Shown here: piece by piece, positions 48,400 to 61,938 of the stretch | Numbering within the stretch: the first letter of the stretch is position 1 | How the letters are laid out: the number at the start of each line of letters is the position of its first letter | Assembly: GCF_964188315.1 (NCBI RefSeq) | Contig: NC_135660.1 | Coordinates: 82,150,001 to 82,214,000, forward strand | DNA from: Podarcis muralis | Lineage: Eukaryota | Direction of reading: 5' to 3' | DNA: 64,000 nucleotides | Notes under the pieces: model-generated | The model's input: only the letters and a program-made list of their open reading frames with translations | Databases searched by the model: none | Told to the model about the DNA's origin: nothing | Made by a program: the position numbers and the translations under genes

Positions 48400-51300
48400 T
48401 AATAGTGTTCTGTTGCTCTTTGCTAGTCTACTCACTCACCTGGAGGGAATTCCATTCACTTGCCTGCATGGAATGGTTAAATGGAGGACTGCCTCAACTT
48501 TTCTGTTGGATAGGTATAATTAGCTCTTTCAGTAGCTTGTAAGTATGTCCAGCTATTTTCATTTATAGTATCCCAATAAATTTGCAACCTCTAGATACAA
48601 AATTCATTTCAAAAATGCAGCGGTTCTGTGCTGGAAGGCAGGGTTAGTTGTTGTGGGAAAGGATTTCTAGCAGGTAGAGATTTTGAACTCTGGAAAGATT
48701 CCCCAATGCTCTAGAAAATTTCCCACCCACCGCCCTCAGCAAAGAGTACATTTTCTGTTCTACTACCGCTTGGCTGGCCTATTAGAAGTCTGTAATTCTA
48801 CACCAATTTACTAATTTTCTGTTAAGGTCACAGCAAGTCTTTTTTGTCGCAATACAGGCCTGCATTAAAGCAGTAGGCCAACTGGTTCAACCACTGTGTC
48901 TTTGCTAATGTGGAACAAAAGGCCTTTGTTGTGTGCTTGGCTGTCCAAAGTGCATTGTCAGCAGGTTGCTATGTTTCTTTTCTCTCCCCGCCCCCTTTTT
49001 AGAGGACCTGTCAGCTGGTATCCCAGTGACTTGGGTTTCAATCTGTTGTGCTGTTTATGATAGGTTTGCGATTAGAAATCAAGCAGACCGTTAGGTGGCT
49101 TTGACTTGCACTACTTGAAGAAATACTGGTCAGATCCTTCTGCTTTTGCATGAGATCCTGTTGTGTTGTCCTTTTGCAATTACAGTCACTTTTGGACCAA
49201 GTTATTACACTCATTGACATTCTAGCTTCATTGATGCTGCCATAATTAGGACTAATCGAGCAAAATCTTTCGTCTTTAAAAGCTTGGGATGCGGTTTTAA
49301 AAGCATTGACGGTGTTCTGCTTTAAATTTTTATAAGACAAAAAAGCTGACCTCAAAACAGTATGAATGTTTTAAAGGACAGCTATGGCCATCTGTAGCAC
49401 TCTTATTTCCAACTCCTGTATATTTTAGTGGTTCATCTATTTACCTCAGTGGATTAATTCCCTTGTCCTCTGAGTTTAGGGGAAGATTCTAAAACACTTT
49501 TGGGTGGGTATATATGAAGAGACTCCCCTGGGGTGCCGTGGATAGGGAAGGATTTGCATCAACAAGCAATGAAACTCACTAACTCTCAGCCTAACAAGCC
49601 TCAAGGGGTTGCTTTGAGGAAAATATTGGATAACCCCGTGTATCCTTTGAGTTTCCTTTGAGAGCGGATGAGATACATACAAGTAGGATGGGTAAATATG
49701 AACTAGACAGATGAGCATTCTGTATGTGGACCTTACTTCTTTTGGTTTCCTCTTTACAGCTGAGTGGCAAGCCTCATCTCCCCATACACCATGCTTCCTT
49801 TGTACTGTCTCCTGCAGAATCTGCTCCAGAATCTGCTCCAGAGCTTTAGGAGACCCTCTGGAGCAGATCTGAGGAGGGTGCGGGAGAGGAAGGGGAGTCC
49901 TGCTTGACTGACATTGGATTTTGCCCAAGGTTTTCAGTGGATAGTTGCCACTTGCATGCACCTACTTCTCTTGCACCTCAGCCTTTTCCTCCCATAGCTC
50001 ATTTTCCATAACAAGCTCAATACTTTATGGATTGCATTGATAATCTCACAGCCTATTTCAGGGCTCAGACCCAGTGAACTGTCTAGGACTGGCCTAAACT
50101 ACACATTGCAAGGGAAACAAGATACTAAGCAGGGTCTGTGGGGAGATATTTATGGATTCTCTTCTGACCATTTTAGCACAGCGGGGGGGGGGTGTCATTG
50201 GGGGTGTTCACAAGTGAAAATCAATGGATATAGAAAGTATTGAGCATCCTCTTCTGTCTTCCTGTTTGTTCCCCCTAGAAATGGCACCTTGTTCCTGACA
50301 GGTTAGATATCATTCCACCATCCTTTGTGCTGTGGTCTTAGGGCCTTCTTCAGGCACAGAAGAAAGATTGGGTTTGCAATATCAGCCACTTTGATTTGCA
50401 GACAGTAGGAAGCCCAACCTTAGTATTAATAGTAGTAGTCTGACCTTGGTTTATTCCGTAGAGTTACCAGCAACTGCTGCAGTGGAAGTTTATGTATGCC
50501 ACTGTATGCACTTCTTACATGATGAGGCCGTGTCTGAGCCAGATCTTAATTGCACAGTTGAATGGGAAATTGCATGGGTGAGCTTCTATATATGAAGCCT
50601 TATTATGCCTTAAATACCCCATCTCCTTTTAATTTCCATTTTGCTTGAAGATAATTTCAATAAAAGTGCTAATTGCTGCAGTGCAGCAATCTAATGGAGA
50701 GGCACTTGAAGTGCATGATATGAAATGTAATAGTGATGCAATGTTAAGTTTTAAAAATTATGCTCCCTGATGACTGCCCTTCAATCATAATAAAAAAGCA
50801 CCAGGCAGTTAACTTGAAAGGCACAGGCAATTGAGTAATCCCAATTAGGTTATATTGCATTGGAGCAAATGTGCGTGTGCTTTAAAAGTGCATTTATTGA
50901 AAACAAAACTAATTGAAGACTTTACCCGAGGTTTAAAAGCACCCTGCTTTTTTCAGTGCAGTTATTGGGGTTTTTTCTACCCCATATTTTCTGTTTCCAC
51001 ATTCAACGTTAAAAAAGAACAAGGACATCATAGCTTTCTTCTTCAATACAGCCAGTTCAACAACATCAACCACCCCCTTAATAAATAAATAAATAAATAA
51101 ATAATCTGACTGGTGACTTAACACAAATTCAGCAAATCAAAGTGGTGCATTAATATTTTTAAATGGAACTATAGGTTGCTGTTTCCTTACCTCTAATGCT
51201 AGAAAGCATAAGGATATTTTAATCCTTCCACTCTGAATAAGCTGCCAGTTATCAAAATGTGATGCCTATAGAAATTAGGCACCTAGAGTAGTTGGCTGCC

Positions 51301-52199
51301 TGTGTGATGAGGAATTTTTTTGCCACCATCTATCCCAATCTGGGGAAGTAGAAGAGGCACAATTCACATACAATTACGATCAGCTCCTCGTTGGCTGCAT
51401 CCCAATGGTGGGATTTTGCTGCTCAGTCGTTAATCACCTCCCTTGATTTCTAAATTAAATGGCTCACATTCTACAAAGGAAAATTAATAAATGTTTGCCA
51501 AAAGGGAGAACAAAGATGAGGTGTGTGCCTATGTGTTTTCCCAATAGTTTGCCAAAGGTTTCCCTTGAATGCAGTCTTGGATCAGAGTTTCCCAACCTCG
51601 CAGCCAGTGACAGATTGTGCTGCGAGTAGAGTTGAAAGCTAGTTGTTAAAGCTCAAATGCTTATAAAAGACAACAGCAAGTTCTGGCCCCTTGCTAACAG
51701 AACCTTCAGTGACTGTTCTACATGGTCATTATTGGAACCAAGAACCATTTGGCTCCTCCCCTTTTCAGAGTGTTCTTCAATGACTATTTCACTTGTTCAT
51801 CCCATAACAGATGAAAGAGGTTGGTACCTGCTCTCCTGTTCCTGACCCAGTCCTGTGGACTCAAGATAACTTGCAGCAGTTCTCCCCCCACCCATAAATT
51901 TGTAATAGTTCTGTCCCAAACAGGCTTGCGATCTAAGGAAATCGAATGGTTGGGGAATGAAAGAGGTCAGATAAATCAAAATCACATAAACATTAAAAAA
52001 AACAAAGAGCTGCAAAACCAATTAGTCCAGAACCAATCCAAAGGACAAGTCCTTTTTGTAGGCAACCACCTGTTGGTGGCCTCCGTGTACCTCTGATACA
52101 GTGTTAAGACCAGTGCTAATAGCTGTAGGTGCTGTTATAGAATTAATAATACTGTGGGTGGGCTGGTTGCCTGGAGGTGACAGTTTCAAATGACTAGAT

Positions 52200-52298
52200 C
52201 CGCATTTCTCAAACTTGGGTCCGCACTAGTCCTGCCAGCTAGGGATGATGAGAGTTATAGTCCAACAACAGTGGGGGACCCAAGTTCGAGAAACACTG
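52200..52298. mobile_element. hAT hairpin MITE (short relative of 2289-2423)
   Basis: ..TTTCTCAAACTTGGG..CCCAAGTTCGAGAAACACTG; TSD-like GACTAGAT/GGCTAGGT. Confidence 0.6.
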
Positions 52299-52309
52299 GG
52301 CTAGGTGTT

Positions 52310-52790
52310 AATAGACCAAAGACTCATATCTGAGTAGGGCTGGGATGCCCAACAAGTAAAAGAACCATGTTTTAATGGTGCTGTGTTCACATGATATATG
52401 GCTTTCAAAAGGAGGTAGGCACTGCCAGATTACACAGGCATTGCAGTAATCCAACCTTGAAATCACCAATGCCACTGAAGCTATCTGGGCCTCCAGTGAC
52501 AGGTAGATCAAGGTGCACCCCCCCCCCAAAAAAAAACACTGTGTACCTGCTCCTTCAAGTGGAGTGTAATCCTATACAGGACAGGCAATTGACCAGCTTT
52601 TCAGGTGCAGGAAACTGTCACCCACATTACCCCTGTCTTGCCAGAATTCCAGTTCAGCTTATTTTCCATCATCCATTCCACCACTGCTTCTAAGGCTCTG
52701 CCCCAGGTTTTGCACAGCCTCTCCTCATTCAGATGTTTTGAAGAGATAGAGCTGTGTGTCATCAGCATACAGATGGCACCTTGACCCAAA
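52310..52790 (-). mobile_element. L2-clade LINE fragment, decayed
   Basis: Minus frames give VISRLDYCNA and WMMENKLNWNSGKT, both L2 RT C-terminal motifs. Confidence 0.65.
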
Positions 52791-53783
52791 ACTCTTAATC
52801 ACCATTCCCAGTGGCTCTTTGTAATTGGGGATAAAGGAGATGGTGCTTTGATTGACAATAGAAATACATGTTCCTGGACACCCCCACCCCAGTCTAGCCT
52901 GCTGCTGTTTTGAGTAACCAGGTGAGCTAGGTCAAGGTCACTCTAGAAATAATAAATGGGTTTATGTTGTTCAGTCACTGTATTGCAAAGAACAATCTGA
53001 ATTAACTAGAGTGAGAGAATATCCCAGGTCCTTGTGTCTAGGGCTGCAATCTAAGCTTTGTTTTGTTAATTTGCTGGATTCCAGGAATGAAGGATCAGCT
53101 GTGAATATATTCACCCATACTGGTACAGAACACAGGGTGAGGTTTTCTGCTGAAAATGGGTCTTTGTCACAGTTTGGGATGCAATGTCACCAAAGCTACA
53201 GCAACGTGTTCAGGTGGAGGTAAATCTGTTCATTTCTTTGACAAGGAGTCACAGCAGGGACTTGATCCATGGTGTGTGCATGTTCTCCATCCACCTGCAC
53301 AACCTACATAACAGACCTCACTCAGTTATGTAGAAAAGCTGGTTCAGCAACCAGACTTTCAGGTGAGCTGCCCTCCTTTTTATATTTTAAGTGCTGCTTG
53401 TTTTACATGCCCATCTGTCATGCCTCTTAAAAAAAAGAAATCTAAAACCATTTAAAAACTGAGATTAGGTGCTGCATATGCCTCAGTGATGTCACAGTCA
53501 ATTTTTATTCACCCATGGCTTGTTTCCGTTATATTCTATAGAACAGGGGTGGGGGACTTGGATCTGCCCAACAAATTAGATCCCTCGATCCCCAGCCTGC
53601 CATTGGCCAGCTTTGACATGAAGGCAGGGCCACCACCTGTCAATCACACAATGCCGTAAAGATGTCAGTCGATTGACACCTGTCATAGTTCAGTGGGGGG
53701 TGTCTTGCTGCAATGGTTGACCAACCCATGGGCAATTATAGCGACCCTCTTTGAAGGTGGCTTCCAGCATCAATCAGCTGACT

Positions 53784-53786
<3 letters not shown>

Positions 53787-53836
<50 letters not shown>
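53787..53836. repeat. (AG)25 microsatellite
   Basis: Counted directly. Confidence 0.95.
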
Positions 53837-53840
<4 letters not shown>

Positions 53841-55537
53841 TATTCCAACAGCACCAATCAGGATTTAAACTCCTGATTATTCCTTTGTATCTACATTTAT
53901 ACTTGCCCCACATCTGATGTCACATGAGATATCAGGTATGAGGCAGGTGGGCATGACTAGTGATGATACGCCTTGTGGGCCAAATTGAGACTTGTGCTGT
54001 GCCTAATCAGGCATATGGGCCAGAGGCCCCACCCCTACTAGAGAAACAGCATTTTTCTCAGAGCTTCAGCAAAGAAGAGGTGTACCCTTGTATTGAATAT
54101 AGTGAGGTGTATGATGACATCATCATGCACAGGTACATCACAGGTGACCCACTGCACTACATAAGATTACAGCCTTAGTTGAATTCTTAGTTTCCTAACA
54201 TAGGAAGGCTTACTAAGAGATGCACATGTGCACATACCCTTCAGCATATAGAACTGATAAATAAGAATGTGGACATTTGAACCATATGGTTTGTTCTGGA
54301 GTACTTTGTGCAACATTTTCCTCAGTATCAGCATAAACAAAATGCTGCGTTCTTCCTTTGTGAATTAGGAAACTTAAATTCAGCTGCCTAGTCAGTTTTG
54401 CCCTATACTTATCCTGAAAAGGGGAACTATATAAAGTTAGTGGGAAATGTTATTTTACACCAGCCGCTGTGACTAAATCCATGGAGTTCACCTTCTCTAA
54501 TTTTGTGCTATCCTTTTGTAGTGTTGCTTATGTTTTGGGGATTCCTTTGTTTTCATGAACATATGTCCTGAGGATCATAGAATTATAGAGTTGGAATAGA
54601 CCACAAGGGCCATTGAGTCCAACTCCCTGCCAAGCAGGAAACACTGTTCTGTTAATCTTTTACCGTTCGATAGGGCAATAGTTGTGAGTGATACTCAGCT
54701 AAGAATATATTCATGTTACCACTTATTCCACAGCCAAGGCACTCCCGCTGCTAATTTTAGAAGCCACATTCACACGTTGTTAGCCATAATCTAAACCAGT
54801 CCTGCAGTTTCTTCACTAATACTGATGCTTTGTGTGTTTTCTGTGTCTCACAAGCTTCAAGCCAATTAGAAAACTGGATGCAGAGTAAGTGGTAATGTGA
54901 ACATACCCTAACAGCTGTTGTGCAGTGCAGATGAGCAAACAAGTGAATATAAAAGATAGCTTAATGAACAGGAGTTCCAGGAGGGTCACAGAGACAGGGA
55001 AACCAAAAAGTTTTTGTGCATAGAGTGAAGACGCCCCCACCCATTCTCTGACATGAAGAACTCTGCACAAATGTGGCTTGAAATGCAGCCGGGGGTGGGT
55101 GGGGGATGACCTTGCTGCATTTCAAGCCACCAGTGTGAACATACCCTATGTTGTACTCAAACCCATTGAAATGATTTAGCATCATCAATTTAGGTCCATT
55201 AATTTAAATAGGCTTACTCTGAGTAAAATGTAGTTGAATGCCACTGTGTGTGTATGTGTAGATAGGTATTGTGTTTCAGTGGGAAGATGAATCAAATGAG
55301 TATCCAAAGCTGGTTGACAAAGCTGTGAAGTTCATAGTCAGCACTTTTTTAGTGAAACTTTGTGGTTTCCTTTCTGCGTTTAGTGTTATCAAGTCTCGGT
55401 AGAAACATGTGTTGCATTTGACTTCGTTGATGGTTTTCCCCCTCTAGATTGTTTTATTTGATGTTATAATGTAGTTTAAACAGCGTTTGAGATTCCCCCC
55501 CCCCTAAAAATATAAAGCAGTATAGAAATGAAATGAT

Positions 55538-55564
55538 CAACAACAACAACAACAACAACAACAA
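55538..55564. repeat. (CAA)9 microsatellite
   Basis: Counted directly. Confidence 0.9.
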
Positions 55565-55728
55565 TGCATGTTCTAGTAAATTAGGGTCTTTAGACAATTG
55601 CAGTAGCATGCTGTGGCAGATTTACCTAATAACTAATAGTCATGCAGGTCTTAAAATGGGTCTGGTTATTATACACACAAAATCAAAATATGCACATTTT
55701 AACACTCCAGTGTTCAGCAAAAACACAC

Positions 55729-55764
<36 letters not shown>

Positions 55765-56110
55765 TTCTGCCCTTCATCTAAAGATCACAGGGTGGTTCAC
55801 AACATAAAAATATAAAATGAGAACACAAAATATATAATAGCAACACCAGCAATCATAACCCCCTCCCACAAATACATTTAAAAGGCTATAGAATGTTAAT
55901 CAGCCAAAGGTCTGGTTATAGAGAAATGTTTTCAACTGGTGCCTAAAGCTATGTAATGAAGGTGCTAGGAAAGCCTCCTTGGGGAGAGCATTCCATAAAC
56001 AGGGAGACACCACAGAAAAGGCCTGTTCTTGTGTTGCCACCCTCCAAACCTCTTGTGGAGGAGGCACACAAAGAAGGCCCTCAAGTGATGACCACAGGGT
56101 CCAGATCAGT
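55729..56110 (-). mobile_element. L2/CR1-clade LINE 3' fragment with (TAAA)n tail
   Basis: Same family as 12705-13152. Confidence 0.75.
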
Positions 56111-56452
56111 TAAGGGTTATTATGGCAGTGAGGAATAGCTCAGTAACAATATCTGTATCGTTGTTTGAAGGAATTAGCTATTACCTATGACTAAAGCAAC
56201 GGAAACACACACACAGAAGGCACTTGTCTGCACTTTCCCCCTGGTCTCACATTGCAGACTAGGCCTCACTCATGCACAGGACCAGAGGGTGGCTTCTGAA
56301 ATACCCCTCCCCCTCCCAAAACACACACTCAAATGCAGGAAGAGGGAACAGTTATGGAGGCAGAAAAAATGTGGATAAAAGCTTCTAAGCAAATTCCAAG
56401 ATCAAGCAGGTCCCCACCCTGGTGGGATTTCCTTTTGCTTCTTTCATTGGTG

Positions 56453-58475
56453 TCTTCTTCCTTCTTTTTTGGTGATCACTCGTAGCCAAGTAAGATTGTC
56501 TTCCATAAACACTGTTTTAGCAATGAGTCTGTAAGTGACTGTGGAGGAAAGTTCTGGAACCACACATCCTTCCACAGTGGGGACATTGGTTTCCGGGCAG
56601 GAGTTGATCACGGTATGGATTTGCCAAGCGTGCCTTCCTCTTAGCACGTTTCTCCCTTGTGTCCTGAGTTTGAGTGGCTTCAAAGCCCATGACACCTTTG
56701 GTAAAGGCTGTTCTCCAATTGGAGCGCTCGCAGGCAAGTGTTTCCCAATTGTTAGAGTTTATACTACATCTTTTTAGATTTGCCTTGAGACAGTCTTTAA
56801 ACCTCTTTTGTTGACCACCAGCATTACACTTTCCATATTTAAGTTTGGAATAGAGTAGTTGCTTTGGGAGAAGATAATCATGCATTCGCACAACAGGAGC
56901 AGTCCAACAAAGTTGATGTTGAAGAATCATTGCTTCACCACTGGTGATCTTTGCTTCTTCCAGTACACTGGTATTAGTTCGCCTGTCTTCCCAAGTGATG
57001 TGTAAAAAATTTTGGAGACACCGTTGAGGGAATCTTTCGAGGAGTTGGAGATGGCGTTTATAAGTGGTCCATGTTTCACAAGCATACAGTAAGGTTGGTA
57101 GTACAATAGCTTTGTAAACAAGCATTTTGATTTCCCTGTGAATGCCCCAGTCCTCAAACACTCTGCACTTCAATCAGGAGAAAGCGGCATTCGCAGAGCT
57201 CAGGCAATGCTGGATTTCGGCATCAGTGTCGGCCCTTGTGGAAAGATAACTGCCCAGGCAGAAGAAGTGATCAACATTTTCCAGCGTTACACCATTGAGT
57301 TGGATTTGTGGTGCTGCAGAGGGGTTATTTAGTACTTGTTGGTGCAGCACTTTGGTTTTTTGAATGTTCAGTGATAGGCCAAGCTTTTTGTAAGCTTCTG
57401 CGAAATATTTAGGATGGTTTGGAGGTCATCCTCTGAGCGTGCACACACCATGTTGTCATCAGCATACTGAATCTCTATGACGGAAGTTATGGTAACCTTA
57501 CTCTTTGCATTCAGGCTTCTCAGATTGAAGAGCTTTCCAACTGTTCGATACACGTTTTCTACTCCGGTGGGGAGTTTCCCTTTGACAAAGTGTAGGATCA
57601 TGGCGATGACAATAATGAATAGAGTTGGGGCAGTAACACAACCCTATTTAACACTTGATCCCACAGTGAATAGTTCACTTTGAGAGCCATTTTTACCTGC
57701 GATGTTGCTATCATATTATCATGGAGGAGCCGAATGATGTTTACAAATTTATCTGGGCAGCCAATTTTCAGAAGGTCAGTCCACAGGGCATTACGATTTA
57801 CAGTGTCAAAAGCCTTAGTCAGGTCAATAAGCGCAATATACAGGGGGTGGTTTTGCTCTCTGCATTTTTCTGGAAGCTGTCGAGCAGTGAAAATCATGTC
57901 CACTGTCCCCCTAGAAGGCCGAAAACCATTTTGGGATTCAGGAAGGGTCACCTTGGATATTGTTAAGAGATGGTTAGCTAAGATCCTTGCAAGAATTTTG
58001 CCGGCTGCAGCTAATAGAGAGATGCCTCAGTAGTTTCCACAATCAGTTCTGTCACCTTTTTTAAAGAGACTGATAATTTTGGCACTCCTAAAATCTGCTG
58101 GGATCTCTTCTCTCTCCCAGATTTTTTCAATGAGCTTGTGAAGTTGTTGTGTAAATTCAGTTCCACCCACTTTGGAGACTTTGGCAGGTATCCCATCAGG
58201 TCCGCTGGCTTTGTTGTTTTCCATTGGGGTAATAGCTGTACATAACTCTCCCGGATTTGGAGATACTGCAAGCTCATCTCTAATTTGTTTTTGCGGAATT
58301 TGTGAGAGGACCTCAGCAGCTACGAGGGGGTTGTGGTTAAGGAGATGTTGGTAATGTTCTTTCCAGCGCAGTGCAATAGCTTCTTTATCTTTTAGAAGTG
58401 TGGTACCGTCTGCTGAGCACAGGGGGCATATGCCATGATTTATTGGCCCATAGATGGTCTTTGTGGCTCGGTTAC
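56453..58475 (-). mobile_element. RTE-clade LINE, 5'-truncated ~2-kb copy, inactivated
   Basis: RT motifs PESQNGFRPSRG, IDLTKAFDTV and QYADD; C-terminal CPHC..HLQTH; several frameshifts and stops; (GAA)n-like tail. Confidence 0.95.
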
Positions 58476-58726
58476 CATGATTTGATTTTGGATTGACACA
58501 CAACATCATTTCCATTGAGGTGACCAGTGTAACTCCTTCAGCTTCTTTTTCCCTCAGGCAGGCCTCAAGCAGCTTCTTTCCTGTCATAACAAACTGAAGC
58601 CATTTCTTTTTTTAAAAAATCATATAGGAAGTACTGGTGTGGGAGCATCTCTCAGGCTTAAGAGCTGGCAGCCTGTACAGTGGAGGGAAAGGCAACCCTA
58701 TATAACAAAAGGTGGAACTTCAGTAG

Positions 58727-58778
58727 TTGAAACTCCCTGATGAAGCAGCTGTGAGGTCTGAAATGCATTGGGTTTCAA
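58727..58778 (+). ncRNA. Degenerate type I hammerhead ribozyme motif
   Basis: TTGAAACTCC-CTGATGA-AGCAGCTGTGAGGTCT-GAAA-TGCA-T-T-GGGTTTCAA: stem I 9 bp with one bulge, intact core, palindromic stem III, weak stem II. Confidence 0.6.
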
Positions 58779-61020
58779 AGCATGCATTTTGACACTTGTA
58801 CTTCCTTACACTTGTTGCGGACAAAGGGATGTGTTTTGTCTCCCTCCCTGTTTTTCTCAAGGTTGGATATCTAAACAGGTTAATTGATGGGCTGCATTAG
58901 TCAGAGAGGTGCCTTTGGGCAATGTGGTGGCTTTCAAATTGGTCCAAGAACTTTTGTGTTCCTTGGAACCTGATTAGGTGTTTTCCCCATGAGAAGATGG
59001 ATGGATGACAGCATCACTCCTGATCTTCCCTGTTCAAGGAGGGTAGTTGAGCAAGTCCTCTCTTGCAGGACAACATTGAGTTCCCATAGGCCTGGTCAGC
59101 ACTTTGTATGAATGGACTATGAGCCTTCTGGGAGTTAGCAAACACGCCCTGGGATCCTTTGGGAGGAAAGGCAGTATATTAATTCAGTAATCAAACACAA
59201 TGCTAGGGGCAGTGTTATAATTTCTGCATTCATGCATAACACTAGGCAAAGCTGCATAGTTTTTAAAAATCATAAACGGCATATGCAGTTCAAGAGATCC
59301 CACTTCACTCTTGCCTCAGTTGACTGGGCAGCAGACCATGATGTTGCTGGCTTAGCATCATACCTGAACCAGCATTCATGGTTTGTTCCCAACCCCCCAA
59401 AAAACAACAACAACAACCCCAAAGCAAAACTACAACAGGAGACCAGGAAAAAGTATTGCCTTCAGATTGTGGTTTGTGTTGGGAAAGCCAACCACATATG
59501 TGCTTGTTTGGATGTTATGGTAAACTAGTTACCCCATGGTTTGCTTTCCCTGCTTAGCCAAAGGAAGAGCAAAGTGGGAGCATTCAGACAATGTATTGGT
59601 GCACGCAATATGTGTACATTATGGTAGCTTAGTGTTATATTCAGCAGGTGCAGCCAGTCGGAGCAAGGCTTGCCTTCAATCCACGTGGCCAGGCTCGTGC
59701 AGTGGAGTCCAATACATTTCTGGTCTTGAAACACACGCACAGCATTACGCAGACCAAATGATCATTGGGTCTGGCATTTTTGTTAATATGCTAATAATAA
59801 TGTTAAAAGTTTGTGGGTAGAAAAGTCAGGCTTAGAGTGTTTTACATAAATACATTTGAAGAGTTATAATGTTGATTTTCCCTCCCCACTGTTCAAGTTT
59901 GATTTACTAGAATAGCTTGAGCCACACATGTGATAAACCTCCTGCTGCCAGCAGTTACAGACTTGCCCTCTGGCATGTTTTGCAGTGGGAAATACCCAGT
60001 TCCCAGCATTTAATGAAAGAGCTGGATGCAGTAACTCACTCTCTGCCTAATCTTGGAGAAGTAATGTTTGCTTTTACCTAGCGGAGGTCTGGGCCTTCTG
60101 AATACCCGTTTCGTCATTTTCAAACTGTGTATTCTAATCTCCTCCTTTGTTCTTCCGCTGTGAGTTATACAGTATCAAATGAGTTTACGGGAATGAAAGG
60201 ATGAGTTCCCATTTTGATTAAATGCAGGCATTAAGAAGAGGCAAGCAGATCTCCTCGTTTAATGGTGCATTTCTTGCCCTTTGATACTTGTTCTGTGGGT
60301 GGGTGTTGTGTTGGAAATCGGAAATTCTTCTGTGGAATTAGGTTCTCTAATAGTGAGCCTCTTAACGGCCACATCACACACCATTTGTTAAGTGTAGAAA
60401 TGTAACAAGCTGGAGGGCTCACTATATTTGCTACCCTGGACTGCAGCTTTCTGCTGAGCAGGCACTCAGTGTCAGTCCTGCCACAAGACGTGTGGAATAA
60501 CCCTTGCAAGTAAAATAAATTTTATTGACTTTTAGCTTAGATCCAACGGCAACTGTTCACCTCGCCGTACCTGCCAGGCAGATGTCTTGGTAGTATGATC
60601 TTTGTCAAGAGGTGGGCCCTAGGCAGGGGGCAACACACCCAGTTGGCCAATGAGCCACTATACCGCATCTCAGCACAGTGGATTCAGAAGTGTCCTTCTG
60701 GATGCTGAAAAGACCTTGTGATTATGTAAGGTAAAAATGGCCCAGAGCAGACTTTACTAGCCTGGTCCTTCAGATGTTGTTTGGCTACAGCAGGGCTGTC
60801 TTGCTGTACTCCATCAACATCTGGACAGTACCAGTTTGACAAAGGCTGACCTAGAGCATGAAAAGAGAAAAATGCAATTAACTAAAAAATGTACCTCCAT
60901 CTTTGGTAATGTGCAAAATGCACCAATGGTTGCACAGATGCTTGTGCAACCATGTTAGTGGCATTTTCTCCATCTGGTACGCCGGCTGAGACCCTACCTG
61001 CCTGCACACTGTCTTGCCAG

Positions 61021-61503
61021 AGTGGTACATGTTCTGGTTATCTCGCGCTTGGACTGCTGCAACACGCTGTACGTGGAGCTACTTTTGAAGGTGACTTGGA
61101 AACTATAACTAATCCAGAATGCGGTAGCTAGACTGGTGACTGGGAGTGGCCACTGGGACCATATAACAACGGTCCTAAAGGATCTTCATTGGCTCCCGGT
61201 GCGCTTCCGAGCAAAATTCAAGGTGTTGGTGTAGATCTTAAAAGCCCTAAACAGCCTCAGCCCAGTATACCTGAAGGAGCGTCTCCACCCCCATCGCTCA
61301 CCTTGGACACTGAGGTCCTCCTCTGAGGGTCTTCTGCCCAGTTCCCTTACTGTGAGAAGCAAAGTTACAGGGAACCAGGCAGAGGACCTTCTCGGTAGTG
61401 GCGCCCTCCCTGTGGAACACGTTTCAGATGTCAAGAAAATAAACAACTATCTGATTTTTAGAAGACATCTGAAAGCATCCCTGTTTAGGGAAGTTTTTAA
61501 TGT
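61021..61503 (+). mobile_element. L2-clade LINE ORF2 C-terminal fragment
   Basis: SRLDCCNTLY..IQNAVARLV..HITTVLKDLHWLPVRFRAKFKV..RTFSVVAPSLWN. Confidence 0.85.
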
Positions 61504-61823
61504 AGCACACAATTCCCCGTATAATCCATGTTTTAAGATGGTGGGTTCAAGACAGAGAATCAGTGGTTTTGCAGCTTAAATATGCTGGAATTTAACCAGG
61601 AACAGCCAGTATGGTGTCCATCAGCTATTTTGGACTACAACTCACTGCATCCATAGCCTGGAGGGCACCATATTGGCTATTCCAAGACTGAAGTCTCCTA
61701 TCTAGTGTAGGGCTGCCATAGCTTTGTTTTTGTTTTAGTTGTTGATTCCCCCTTCCCATTTTTTTTTTAATGAAGTTAACAAGCTATTTTTAAGACAATG
61801 CATCGAAATCTACACTTCCGAAA

Positions 61824-61938
61824 TGGGTTGCCATGCATCTGGATTTTCCCAGACATTTCAGCGATTTCCGCCCAGACACTGCTTCTGACTGCCGAATCAT
61901 GGGTATGTCTGGGAAATTCCGGACATATGGCAACCCTA
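61824..61938. mobile_element. hAT-type MITE with (T)GGGTTGCCA termini
   Basis: GGGTTGCCAT..ATGGCAACCC inverted ends. Confidence 0.55.

Noticed and set aside
56517-58587. Intact reverse transcriptase gene
   Set aside because: Split over several frames with in-frame stops (TAG in the VK*GC motif) and 5'-truncated; a dead RTE copy.
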